A stretch of 64,000 nt of DNA from Auanema rhodensis (taxonomy: Eukaryota; Animalia; Nematoda), in assembly GCA_964057225.1 (NCBI GenBank), contig OZ059895.1:22816001-22880000 (forward strand). The letters run 5' to 3'. Numbering within the stretch: the first letter of the stretch is position 1; each line of letters starts with the position of its first letter. Below, in pieces: positions 24,701 through 39,000 of this stretch. The notes beneath the pieces are model-generated. The model did not search any database. It was not told where the DNA came from and worked only from the letters and a program-made list of their open reading frames with translations. The position numbers and the translations under genes were made by a program.

Positions 24701-27700
24701 GCATTCGATGCAGATTTTTAAGCTGCGTCGATCTGTGTTATCAGATTTGCGCTAGCTTAAAAATGCACCGAGATATCAACTGATATAAGTTCACACTTAT
24801 ATCCTCGATTTTCACCCTGAAGAATCAATTTTTTCGTTGAATAACATTGTCCATCGTCTTGGCCTTGAAAAAAGGAATCTAAAAACATCTACTTTTTGCT
24901 AAATTATTTTGAAATTTTTCGAAAAAATTTTTGTCAAAATGTTTTTGGAAGCAATGTTGAGTGTACATGGAAACTCAACATACACTAATGCATCATTTTT
25001 CAAACGATCATAACTAATTTTTGTATTAAGCGTTTCTCAATGTAGTATAGTGCATTCGATGCAGATTTTTAAGCTGCGTCGATCTGTGTTATCAGATTTG
25101 CGCTAGCTTAAAAATGCACCGAGATATCAACTGATATAAGTTCACACTTATATCCTCGATTTTCACCCCGAAGAATCAATTTTTTCGTTGAATAACATTG
25201 TCCATCGTCTTTGCCTTGAAAAAAGGAATCTAAAAACATCTACTTTTTGCTAAATTATTTTGAAATTTTTCGAAAAAATTTTTGTCAAAATGTTTTTGGA
25301 AGCAATGTTGAGTGTACATGGAAACTCAACATACACTAATGCATCATTTTTCAAACGATCATAACTAATTTTTGTATTAAGCGTTTCTCCATGTAGTATA
25401 GTGCATTCGATGCGGATTTTTAAGCTGCGTCGATCTGTGTTATCAGATTTGCGCTAGCTTAAAAATGCACCGAGATATCAACTGATATAAGTTCACACTT
25501 ATATCCTCGATTTTCACCCTGAAGAATTAATTTTTTCGTTGAATAACATTGTCCATCGTCTTTGCCTTGAAAAAAGAAATCTAAAAACATCTACTTTTTG
25601 CTAAATTATTTTGAAATTTTTCGAAAAAATTTTTGTCAAAATGTTTTTGGAAGCAATGTTGAGTGTACATGGAAACTCAACATACACTAATGCATCATTT
25701 TTCAAACGATCATAACTAATTTTTGTATTAAGCGTTTCTCAATGTAGTATAGTGCATTCGATGCGGATTTTTAAGCTGCGTCGATCTGTGTTATCAGATT
25801 TGCGCTAGCTTAAAAATGCACCGAGATATCAACTGATATATGTTCACACTTATATCCTCGATTTTCACCCTGAAGAATTAATTTTTTCGTTGAATAACAA
25901 TGTCCATCGTCTTTGCCTTGAAAAAAGGAATCTAAAAACATCTACTTTTTGCTAAATTATTTCGAAATTTTTCGAAAAAATTTTTGTCAAAATGTTTTTG
26001 GAAGCAATGTTGAGTGTACATGGAAACTCAACATACACTAATGCATCATTTTTCAAACGATCATAACTAATTTTTGTATTAAGCGTTTCTCCATGTAGTA
26101 TAGTGCATTCGATGCGGATTTTTAAGCTGCGTCGATCTGTGTTATCAGATTTGCGCTAGCTTAAAAATGCACCGAGATATCAACTGATATAAGTTCACAC
26201 TTATATCCTCGATTTTCACCCTGAAGAATTAATTTTTTCGTTGAATAACATTGTCCATCGTCTTTGCCTTGAAAAAAGGAATCTAAAAACATCTACTTTT
26301 TGCTAAATTATTTTGAAATTTTTCGAAAAAATTTTTGTCAAAATGTTTTTGGAAGCAATGTTGAGTGTACATGGAAACTCAACATACACTAATGCATCAT
26401 TTTTCAAACAATCATAACTAATTTTTGTATTAAGCGTTTCTCAATGTAGTATAGTGCATTCGATGCAGATTTTTAAGCTGCGTCGATCTGTGTTATCAGA
26501 TTTGCGCTAGCTTAAAAATGCACCGAGATATTAACTGATATAAGTTCACACTTATATCCTCGATTTTCACCCTGAAGAATTAATTTTTTCGTTGAATAAC
26601 AATGTCCATCGTCTTTGCCTTGAAAAAAGAAATCTAAAAACATCTACTTTTTGCTAAATTATTTTGAAATTTTTCGAAAAAATTTTTGTCAAAATGTTTT
26701 TGGAAGCAATGTTGAGTGTACATGGAAACTCAACATACACTAATGCATCATTTTTCAAACGATCATAACTAATTTTTGTATTAAGCGTTTCTCAATGTAG
26801 TATAGTGCATTCGATGCAGATTTTTAAGCTGCGTCGATCTGTGTTATCAGATTTGCGCTAGCTTAAAAATGCACCGAGATATCAACTGATATAAGTTCAC
26901 ACTTATATCCTCGATTTTCACCCTGAAGAATTAATTTTTTCGTTGAATAACATTGTCCATCGTCTTTGCCTTGAAAAAAGGAATCTAAAAACATCTACTT
27001 TTTGCTAAATTATTTTGAAATTTTTCGAAAAAATTTTTGTCAAAATGTTTTTGGAAGCAATGTTGAGTGTACATGGAAACTCAACATACACTAATGCATC
27101 ATTTTTCAAACGATCATAACTAATTTTTGTATTAAGCGTTTCTCCATGTAGTATAGTGCATTCGATGCGGATTTTTAAGCTGCGTCGATCTGTGTTATCA
27201 GATTTGCGCTAGCTTAAAAATGCACCGAGATATCAACTGATATAAGTTCACACTTATATCCTCGATTTTCACCCTGAAGAATTAATTTTTTCGTTAAATA
27301 ACAATGTCCATCGTCTTTGCCTTGAAAAAAGAAATCTAAAAACATCTACTTTTTGCTAAATTATTTTGAAATTTTTCGAAAAAATTTTTGTCAAAATGTT
27401 TTTGGAAGCAATGTTGAGTGTACATGGAAACTCAACATACACTAATGCATCATTTTTCAAACGATCATAACTAATTTTTGTATTAAGCGTTTCTCAATGT
27501 AGTATAGTGCATTCGATGCGGATTTTTAAGCTGCGTCGATCTGTGTTATCAGATTTGCGCTAGCTTAAAAATGCACCGAGATATCAACTGATATAAGTTC
27601 ACACTTAGATCCTCGATTTTCACCCTGAAGAATTAATTTTTTTGTTGAATAACAATGTCCATCGTCTTTGCCTTGAAAAAACAAATCTAAATACAACTAC

Positions 27701-28331
27701 TTTTCGCTAAATTATTTTGAAATTTTTCGAAAAAATTTTTGTCAAAATGTTTTTGGAAGCAATGTTGAGTGTACATGGAAACTCAACATACACTAATGCA
27801 TCATTTTTCAAACGATCATAACTAATTTTTGTATTAAGCGTTTCTCAATGTAGTATAGTGCATTCGATGCGGATTTTTAAGCTGCGTCGATCTGTTTTAT
27901 CAGATTTGCGCTAGCTTAAAAATGCACCGAGATATCAACTGATATAAGTTCCCACTTATATCCTCGATTTTCACCCTGAAGAATTAATTTTTTCGTTGAA
28001 TAACAATGTCCATCGTCTTTGCCTTGAAAAAAGAAATCTAAAAACATCTACTTTTTGCTAAATTATTTTGAAATTTTTCGAAAAAATTTTTGTCAAAATG
28101 TTTTTGGAAGCAATGTTGAGTGTACATGGAAACTCAACATACACTAATGCATCATTTTTCAAACGATCATAACTAATTTTTGTATTAAGCGTTTCTCAAT
28201 GTAGTATAGTGCATTCGATGCGGATTTTTAAGCTGCGTCGATCTGTTTTATCAGATTTGCGCTAGCTTAAAAATGCACCGAGATATCAACTGATATAAGT
28301 TCCCACTTATATCCTCGATTTTCACCCTGAA

Positions 28332-28345
28332 GAATTATTTTTGTC
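28332..28345. repeat. 100-bp deletion junction 5
   Basis: Same junction; 6569 bp (19x351-100) from junction 4. Confidence 0.95.
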
Positions 28346-29986
28346 AAAATGTTTTTGGAAGCAATGTTGAGTGTACATGGAAACTCAACATACACTAATG
28401 CATCATTTTTCAAACGATCATAACTAATTTTTGTATTAAGCGTTTCTCCATGTAGTATAGTGCATTCGATGCGGATTTTTAAGCTGCGTCGATCTGTGTT
28501 ATCAGATTTGCGCTAGCTTAAAAATGCACCGAGATATCAACTGATATAAGTTCACACTTATATCCTCGATTTTCACCCTGAAGAATTAATTTTTTCGTTG
28601 AATAACATTGTCCATCGTCTTTGCCTTGAAAAAAGGAATCTAAAAACATCTACTTTTTGCTAAATTATTTTGAAATTTTTCGAAAAAATTTTTGTCAAAA
28701 TGTTTTTGGAAGCAATGTTGAGTGTACATGGAAACTCAACATACACTAATGCATCATTTTTCAAACGATCATAACTAATTTTTGTATTAAGCGTTTCTCA
28801 ATGTAGTATAGTGCATTCGATGCGGATTTTTAAGCTGCGTCGATCTGTGTTATCAGATTTGCGCTAGCTTAAAAATGCACCGAGATATCAACTGATATAT
28901 GTTCACACTTATATCCTCGATTTTCACCCTGAAGAATTAATTTTTTTGTTGAATAACAATGTCCATCGTCTTTGCCTTGAAAAAAGGAATCTAAAAACAT
29001 CTACTTTTTGCTAAATTATTTTGAAATTTTTCGAAAAAATTTTTGTCAAAATGTTTTTGGAAGCAATGTTGAGTGTACATGGAAACTCAACATACACTAA
29101 TGCATCATTTTTCAAACGATCATAACTAATTTTTGTATTAAGCGTTTCTCCATGTAGTATAGTGCATTCGATGCGGATTTTTAAGCTGCGTCGATCTGTG
29201 TTATCAGATTTGCGCTAGCTTAAAAATGCACCGAGATATCAACTGATATAAGTTCACACTTATATCCTCGATTTTCACCCTGAAGAATTAATTTTTTCGT
29301 TGAATAACATTGTCCATCGTCTTTGCCTTGAAAAAAGAAATCTAAAAACATCTACTTTTTGCTAAATTATTTTGAAATTTTTCGAAAAAATTTTTGTCAA
29401 AATGTTTTTGGAAGCAATGTTGAGTGTACATGGAAACTCAACATACACTAATGCATCATTTTTCAAACGATCATAACTAATTTTTGTATTAAGCGTTTCT
29501 CCATGTAGTATAGTGCATTCGATGCGGATTTTTAAGCTGCGTCGATCTGTGTTATCAGATTTGCGCTAGCTTAAAAATGCACCGAGATATCAACTGATAT
29601 AAGTTCACACTTATATCCTCGATTTTCACCCTGAAGAATTAATTTTTTCGTTGAATAACATTGTCCATCGTCTTTGCCTTGAAAAAAGGAATCTAAAAAC
29701 ATCTACTTTTTGCTAAATTATTTTGAAATTTTTCGAAAAAATTTTTGTCAAAATGTTTTTGGAAGCAATGTTGAGTGTACATGGAAACTCAACATACACT
29801 AATGCATCATTTTTCAAACGATCATAACTAATTTTTGTATTAAGCGTTTCTCAATGTAGTATAGTGCATTCGATGCGGATTTTTAAGCTGCGTCGATCTG
29901 TTTTATCAGATTTGCGCTAGCTTAAAAATGCACCGAGATATCAACTGATATAAGTTCCCACTTATATCCTCGATTTTCACCCTGAA

Positions 29987-30000
29987 GAATTATTTTTGTC
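29987..30000. repeat. 100-bp deletion junction 6
   Basis: Same junction; 1655 bp (5x351-100) from junction 5. Confidence 0.95.
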
Positions 30001-33000
30001 AAAATGTTTTTGGAAGCAATGTTGAGTGTACATGGAAACTCAACATACACTAATGCATCATTTTTCAAACGATCATAACTAATTTTTGTATTAAGCGTTT
30101 CTCCATGTAGTATAGTGCATTCGATGCGGATTTTTAAGCTGCGTCGATCTGTGTTATCAGATTTGCGCTAGCTTAAAAATGCACCGAGATATCAACTGAT
30201 ATAAGTTCACACTTATATCCTCGATTTTCACCCTGAAGAATTAATTTTTTCGTTGAATAACATTGTCCATCGTCTTTGCCTTGAAAAAAGGAATCTAAAA
30301 ACATCTACTTTTTGCTAAATTATTTTGAAATTTTTCGAAAAAATTTTTGTCAAAATGTTTTTGGAAGCAATGTTGAGTGTACATGGAAACTCAACATACA
30401 CTAATGCATCATTTTTCAAACGATCATAACTAATTTTTGTATTAAGCGTTTCTCAATGTAGTATAGTGCATTCGATGCGGATTTTTAAGCTGCGTCGATC
30501 TGTGTTATCAGATTTGCGCTAGCTTAAAAATGCACCGAGATATCAACTGATATATGTTCACACTTATATCCTCGATTTTCACCCTGAAGAATTAATTTTT
30601 TTGTTGAATAACAATGTCCATCGTCTTTGCCTTGAAAAAAGGAATCTAAAAACATCTACTTTTTGCTAAATTATTTTGAAATTTTTCGAAAAAATTTTTG
30701 TCAAAATGTTTTTGGAAGCAATGTTGAGTGTACATGGAAACTCAACATACACTAATGCATCATTTTTCAAACGATCATAACTAATTTTTGTATTAAGCGT
30801 TTCTCCATGTAGTATAGTGCATTCGATGCGGATTTTTAAGCTGCGTCGATCTGTGTTATCAGATTTGCGCTAGCTTAAAAATGCACCGAGATATCAACTG
30901 ATATAAGTTCACACTTATATCCTCGATTTTCACCCTGAAGAATTAATTTTTTCGTTGAATAACATTGTCCATCGTCTTTGCCTTGAAAAAAGAAATCTAA
31001 AAACATCTACTTTTTGCTAAATTATTTTGAAATTTTTCGAAAAAATTTTTGTCAAAATGTTTTTGGAAGCAATGTTGAGTGTACATGGAAACTCAACATA
31101 CACTAATGCATCATTTTTCAAACGATCATAACTAATTTTTGTATTAAGCGTTTCTTCATGTAGTATAGTGCATTCGATGCGGATTTTTAAGCTGCGTCGA
31201 TCTGTGTTATCAGATTTGCGCTAGCTTAAAAATGCACCGAGATATCAACTGATATAAGTTCACACTTATATCCTCGATTTTCACCCTGAAGAATTAATTT
31301 TTTCGTTGAATAACATTGTCCATCGTCTTTGCCTTGAAAAAAGGAATCTAAAAACATCTACTTTTTGCTAAATTATTTTGAAATTTTTCGAAAAAATTTT
31401 TGTCAAAATGTTTTTGGAAGCAATGTTGAGTGTACATGGAAACTCAACATACACTAAGGCATCATTTTTCAAACGATCATAACTAATTTTTGTATTAAGC
31501 GTTTCTCAATGTAGTATAGTGCATTCGATGCAGATTTTTAAGCTGCGTCGATCTGTGTTATCAGATTTGCGCTAGCTTAAAAATGCACCGAGATATCAAC
31601 TGATATAAGTTCACACTTATATCCTCGATTTTCACCCTGAAGAATCAATTTTTTCGTTGAATAACATTGTCCATCGTCTTTGCCTTGAAAAAAGGAATCT
31701 AAAAACATCTACTTTTTGCTAAATTATTTTGAAATTTTTCGAAAAAATTTTTGTCAAAATGTTTTTGGAAGCAATGTTGAGTGTACATGGAAACTCAACA
31801 TACACTAATGCATCATTTTTCAAACGATCATAACTAATTTTTGTATTAAGCGTTTCTCCATGTAGTATAGTGCATTCGATGCGGATTTTTAAGCTGCGTC
31901 GATCTGTGTTATCAGATTTGCGCTAGCTTAAAAATGCACCGAGATATCAACTGATATAAGTTCACACTTATATCCTCGATTTTCACCCTGAAGAATTAAT
32001 TTTTTCGTTGAATAACATTGTCCATCGTCTTTGCCTTGAAAAAAGGAATCTAAAAACATCTACTTTTTGCTAAATTATTTTGAAATTTTTCGAAAAAATT
32101 TTTGTCAAAATGTTTTTGGAAGCAATGTTGAGTGTACATGGAAACTCAACATACACTAATGCATCATTTTTCAAACGATCATAACTAATTTTCGTATTAA
32201 GCGTTTCTCAATGTAGTATAGTGCATTCGATGCGGATTTTTAAGCTGCGTCGATCTGTGTTATCAGATTTGCGCTAGCTTAAAAATGCACCGAGATATCA
32301 ACTGATATATGTTCACACTTATATCCTCGATTTTCACCCTGAAGAATTAATTTTTTCGTTGAATAACAATGTCCATCGTCTTTGCCTTGAAAAAAGGAAT
32401 CTAAAAACATCTACTTTTTGCTAAATTATTTCGAAATTTTTCGAAAAAATTTTTGTCAAAATGTTTTTGGAAGCAATGTTGAGTGTACATGGAAACTCAA
32501 CATACACTAATGCATCATTTTTCAAACGATCATAACTAATTTTTGTATTAAGCGTTTCTCCATGTAGTATAGTGCATTCGATGCGGATTTTTAAGCTGCG
32601 TCGATCTGTGTTATCAGATTTGCGCTAGCTTAAAAATGCACCGAGATATCAACTGATATAAGTTCACACTTATATCCTCGATTTTCACCCTGAAGAATTA
32701 ATTTTTTCGTTGAATAACATTGTCCATCGTCTTTGCCTTGAAAAAAGGAATCTAAAAACATCTACTTTTTGCTAAATTATTTTGAAATTTTTTGAAAAAA
32801 TTTTTGTCAAAATGTTTTTGGAAGCAATGTTGAGTGTACATGGAAACTCAACATACACTAATGCATCATTTTTCAAACAATCATAACTAATTTTTGTATT
32901 AAGCGTTTCTCAATGTAGTATAGTGCATTCGATGCAGATTTTTAAGCTGCGTCGATCTGTGTTATCAGATTTGCGCTAGCTTAAAAATGCACCGAGATAT

Positions 33001-36000
33001 CAACTGATATAAGTTCACACTTATATCCTCGATTTTCACCCTGAAGAATTAATTTTTTCGTTGAATAACAATGTCCATCGTCTTTGCCTTGAAAAAAGAA
33101 ATCTAAAAACATCTACTTTTTGCTAAATTATTTTGAAATTTTTCGAAAAAATTTTTGTCAAAATGTTTTTGGAAGCAATGTTGAGTGTACATGGAAACTC
33201 AACATACACTAATGCATCATTTTTCAAACGATCATAACTAATTTTTGTATTAAGCGTTTCTCAATGTAGTATAGTGCATTCGATGCAGATTTTTAAGCTG
33301 CGTCGATCTGTGTTATCAGATTTGCGCTAGCTTAAAAATGCACCGAGATATCAACTGATATAAGTTCACACTTATATCCTCGATTTTCACCCTGAAGAAT
33401 TAATTTTTTCGTTGAATAACATTGTCCATCGTCTTTGCCTTGAAAAAAGGAATCTAAAAACATCTACTTTTTGCTAAATTATTTTGAAATTTTTCGAAAA
33501 AATTTTTGTCAAAATGTTTTTGGAAGCAATGTTGAGTGTACATGGAAACTCAACATACACTAATGCATCATTTTTCAAACGATCATAACTAATTTTTGTA
33601 TTAAGCGTTTCTCCATGTAGTATAGTGCATTCGATGCGGATTTTTAAGCTGCGTCGATCTGTGTTATCAGATTTGCGCTAGCTTAAAAATGCACCGAGAT
33701 ATCAACTGATATAAGTTCACACTTATATCCTCGATTTTCACCCTGAAGAATTAATTTTTTCGTTGAATAACATTGTCCATCGTCTTTGCCTTGAAAAAAG
33801 GAATCTAAAAACATCTACTTTTTGCTAAATTATTTTGAAATTTTTCGAAAAAATTTTTGTCAAAATGTTTTTGGAAGCAATGTTGAGTGTACATGGAAAC
33901 TCAACATACACTAATGCATCATTTTTCAAACGATCATAACTAAATTTTGTATTAAGCGTTTCTCCATGTAGTATAGTGCATTCGATGCGGATTTTTAAGC
34001 TGCGTCGATCTGTGTTATCAGATTTGCGCTAGCTTAAAAATGCACCGAGATATCAACTGATATAAGTTCACACTTATATCTTCGATTTTCACCCTGAAGA
34101 ATTAATTTTTTCGTTGAATAACATTGTCCATCGTCTTTGCCTTGAAAAAAGGAATCTAAAAACATCTACTTTTTGCTAAATTATTTTGAAATTTTTCGAA
34201 AAAATTTTTGTCAAAATGTTTTTGGAAGCAATGTTGAGTGTACATGGAAACTCAACATACACTAATGCATCATTTTTCAAACGATCATAACTAATTTTTG
34301 TATTAAGCGTTTCTCCATGTAGTATAGTGCATTCGATGCGGATTTTTAAGCTGCGTCGATCTGTGTTATCAGATTTGCGCTAGCTTAAAAATGCACCAAG
34401 ATATCAACTGATATAAGTTCACACTTATATCCTCGATTTTCACCCTGAAGAATTAATTTTTTCGTTGAATAACAATGTCCATCGTCTTTGCCTTGAAAAA
34501 AGAAATCTAAAAACATCTACTTTTTGCTAAATTATTTTGAAATTTTTCGAAAAAATTTTTGTCAAAATGTTTTTGGAAGCAATGTTGAGTGTACATGGAA
34601 ACTCAACATACACTAATGCATCATTTTTCAAACGATCATAACTAATTTTTGTAATAAGCGTTTCTCAATGTAGTATAGTGCATTCGATGCAGATTTTTAA
34701 GCTGCGTCGATCTGTGTTATCAGATTTGCGCTAGCTTAAAAATGCACCGAGATATCAACTGATATAAGTTCACACTTATATCCTCGATTTTCACCCTGAA
34801 GAATTAATTTTTTCGTTGAATAACATTGTCCATCGTCTTTGCCTTGAAAAAAGGAATCTAAAAACATCTACTTTTTGCTAAATTATTTTGAAATTTTTCG
34901 AAAAAATTTTTGTCAAAATGTTTTTGGAAGCAATGTTGAGTGTACATGGAAACTCAACATACACTAATGCATCATTTTTCAAACGATCATAACTAATTTT
35001 TGTATTAAGCGTTTCTCCATGTAGTATAGTGCATTCGATGCGGATTTTTAAGCTGCGTCGATCTGTGTTATCAGATTTGCGCTAGCTTAAAAATGCACCG
35101 AGATATCAACTGATATAAGTTCACACTTATATCCTCGATTTTCACCCTGAAGAATTAATTTTTTCGTTGAATAACATTGTCCATCGTCTTTGCCTTGAAA
35201 AAAGGAATCTAAAAACATCTACTTTTTGCTAAATTATTTTGAAATTTTTCGAAAAAATTTTTGTCAAAATGTTTTTGGAAGCAATGTTGAGTGTACATGG
35301 AAACTCAACATACACTAATGCATCATTTTTCAAACGATCATAACTAATTTTTGTATTAAGCGTTTCTCAATGTAGTATAGTGCATTCGATGCGGATTTTT
35401 AAGCTGCGTCGATCTGTGTTATCAGATTTGCGCTAGCTTAAAAATGCACCGAGATATCAACTGATATATGTTCACACTTATATCCTCGATTTTCACCCTG
35501 AAGAATTAATTTTTTCGTTGAATAACAATGTCCATCGTCTTTGCCTTGAAAAAAGGAATCTAAAAACATCTACTTTTTGCTAAATTATTTCGAAATTTTT
35601 CGAAAAAATTTTTGTCAAAATGTTTTTGGAAGCAATGTTGAGTGTACATGGAAACTCAACATACACTAATGCATCATTTTTCAAACGATCATAACTAATT
35701 TTTGTATTAAGCGTTTCTCCATGTAGTATAGTGCATTCGATGCGGATTTTTAAGCTGCGTCGATCTGTGTTATCAGATTTGCGCTAGCTTAAAAATGCAC
35801 CGAGATATCAACTGATATAAGTTCACACTTATATCCTCGATTTTCACCCTGAAGAATTAATTTTTTCGTTGAATAACAATGTCCATCGTCTTTGCCTTAA
35901 AAAAAGAAATCTAAAAACATCTACTTCTTGCTAAATTATTTTGAAATTTTTCGAAAAAATTTTTGTCAAAATGTTTTTGGAAGCAATGTTGAGTGTACAT

Positions 36001-39000
36001 GGAAACTCAACATACACTAATGCATCATTTTTCAAACGATCATAACTAATTTTTGTATTAAGCGTTTCTCAATGTAGTATAGTGCATTCGATGCGGATTT
36101 TTAAGCTGCGTCGATCTGTGTTATCAGATTTGCGCTAGCTTAAAAATGCACCGAGATATCAACTGATATATGTTCACACTTATATCCTCGATTTTCACCC
36201 TGAAGAATTAATTTTTTCGTTGAATAACAATGTCCATCGTCTTTGCCTTGAAAAAAGGAATCTAAAAACATCTACTTTTTGCTAAATTATTTTGAAATTT
36301 TTCGAAAAAATTTTTGTCAAAATGTTTTTGGAAGCAATGTTGAGTGTACATGGAAACTCAACATACACTAATGCATCATTTTTCAAACGATCATAACTAA
36401 TTTTTGTATTAAGCGTTTCTCCATGTAGTATAGTGCATTCGATGCGGATTTTTAAGCTGCGTCGATCTGTGTTATCAGATTTGCGCTAGCTTAAAAATGC
36501 ACCGAGATATCAACTGATATATGTTCACACTTATATCCTCGATTTTCACCCTGAAGAATTAATTTTTTCGTTGAATAACAATGTCCATCGTCTTTGCCTT
36601 GAAAAAAGGAATCTAAAAACATCTACTTTTTGCTAAATTATTTTGAAATTTTTCGAAAAAATTTTTGTCAAAATGTTTTTGGAAGCAATGTTGAGTGTAC
36701 ATGGAAACTCAACATACACTAATGCATCATTTTTCAAACGATCATAACTAATTTTTGTATTAAGCGTTTCTCCATGTAGTATAGTGCATTCGATGCGGAT
36801 TTTTAAGCTGCGTCGATCTGTGTTATCAGATTTGCGCTAGCTTAAAAATGCACCGAGATATCAACTGATATAAGTTCACACTTATATCCTCGATTTTCAC
36901 CCTGAAGAATTAATTTTTTCGTTGAATAACAATGTCCATCGTCTTTGCCTTAAAAAAAGAAATCTAAAAACATCTACTTCTTGCTAAATTATTTTGAAAT
37001 TTTTCGAAAAAATTTTTGTCAAAATGTTTTTGGAAGCAATGTTGAGTGTACATGGAAACTCAACATACACTAATGCATCATTTTTCAAACGATCATAACT
37101 AATTTTTGTATTAAGCGTTTCTCAATGTAGTATAGTGCATTCGATGCGGATTTTTAAGCTGCGTCGATCTGTGTTATCAGATTTGCGCTAGCTTAAAAAT
37201 GCACCGAGATATCAACTGATATATGTTCACACTTATATCCTCGATTTTCACCCTGAAGAATTAATTTTTTCGTTGAATAACAATGTCCATCGTCTTTGCC
37301 TTGAAAAAAGGAATCTAAAAACATCTACTTTTTGCTAAATTATTTTGAAATTTTTCGAAAAAATTTTTGTCAAAATGTTTTTGGAAGCAATGTTGAGTGT
37401 ACATGGAAACTCAACATACACTAATGCATCATTTTTCAAACGATCATAACTAATTTTTGTATTAAGCGTTTCTCCATGTAGTATAGTGCATTCGATGCGG
37501 ATTTTTAAGCTGCGTCGATCTGTGTTATCAGATTTGCGCTAGCTTAAAAATGCACCGAGATATCAACTGATATATGTTCACACTTATATCCTCGATTTTC
37601 ACCCTGAAGAATTAATTTTTTCGTTGAATAACAATGTCCATCGTCTTTGCCTTGAAAAAAGGAATCTAAAAACATCTACTTTTTGCTAAATTATTTTGAA
37701 ATTTTTCGAAAAAATTTTTGTCAAAATGTTTTTGGAAGCAATGTTGAGTGTACATGGAAACTCAACATACACTAATGCATCATTTTTCAAACGATCATAA
37801 CTAATTTTTGTATTAAGCGTTTCTCCATGTAGTATAGTGCATTCGATGCGGATTTTTAAGCTGCGTCGATCTGTGTTATCAGATTTGCGCTAGCTTAAAA
37901 ATGCACCGAGATATCAACTGATATAAGTTCACACTTATATCCTCGATTTTCACCCTGAAGAATTAATTTTTTCGTTGAATAACATTGTCCATCGTCTTTG
38001 CCTTGAAAAAAGAAATCTAAAAACATCTACTTTTTGCTAAATTATTTTGAAATTTTTCGAAAAAATTTTTGTCAAAATGTTTTTGGAAGCAATGTTGAGT
38101 GTACATGGAAACTCAACATACACTAATGCATCATTTTTCAAACGATCATAACTAATTTTTGTATTAAGCGTTTCTCCATGTAGTATAGTGCATTCGATGC
38201 GGATTTTTAAGCTGCGTCGATCTGTGTTATCAGATTTGCGCTAGCTTAAAAATGCACCGAGATATCAACTGATATAAGTTCACACTTATATCCTCGATTT
38301 TCACCCTGAAGAATTAATTTTTTCGTTGAATAACATTGTCCATCGTCTTTGCCTTGAAAAAAGAAATCTAAAAACATCTACTTTTTGCTAAATTATTTTG
38401 AAATTTTTCGAAAAAATTTTTGTCAAAATGTTTTTGGAAGCAATGTTGAGTGTACATGGAAACTCAACATACACTAATGCATCATTTTTCAAACGATCAT
38501 AACTAATTTTTGTATTAAGCGTTTCTCCATGTAGTATAGTGCATTCGATGCGGATTTTTAAGCTGCGTCGATCTGTGTTATCAGATTTGCGCTAGCTTAA
38601 AAATGCACCGAGATATCAACTGATATAAGTTCACACTTATATCCTCGATTTTCACCCTGAAGAATTAATTTTTTCGTTGAATAACATTGTCCATCGTCTT
38701 TGCCTTGAAAAAAGGAATCTAAAAACATCTACTTTTTGCTAAATTATTTTGAAATTTTTCGAAAAAATTTTTGTCAAAATGTTTTTGGAAGCAATGTTGA
38801 GTGTACATGGAAACTCAACATACACTAAGGCATCATTTTTCAAACGATCATAACTAATTTTTGTATTAAGCGTTTCTCAATGTAGTATAGTGCATTCGAT
38901 GCAGATTTTTAAGCTGCGTCGATCTGTGTTATCAGATTTGCGCTAGCTTAAAAATGCACCGAGATATCAACTGATATAAGTTCACACTTATATCCTCGAT

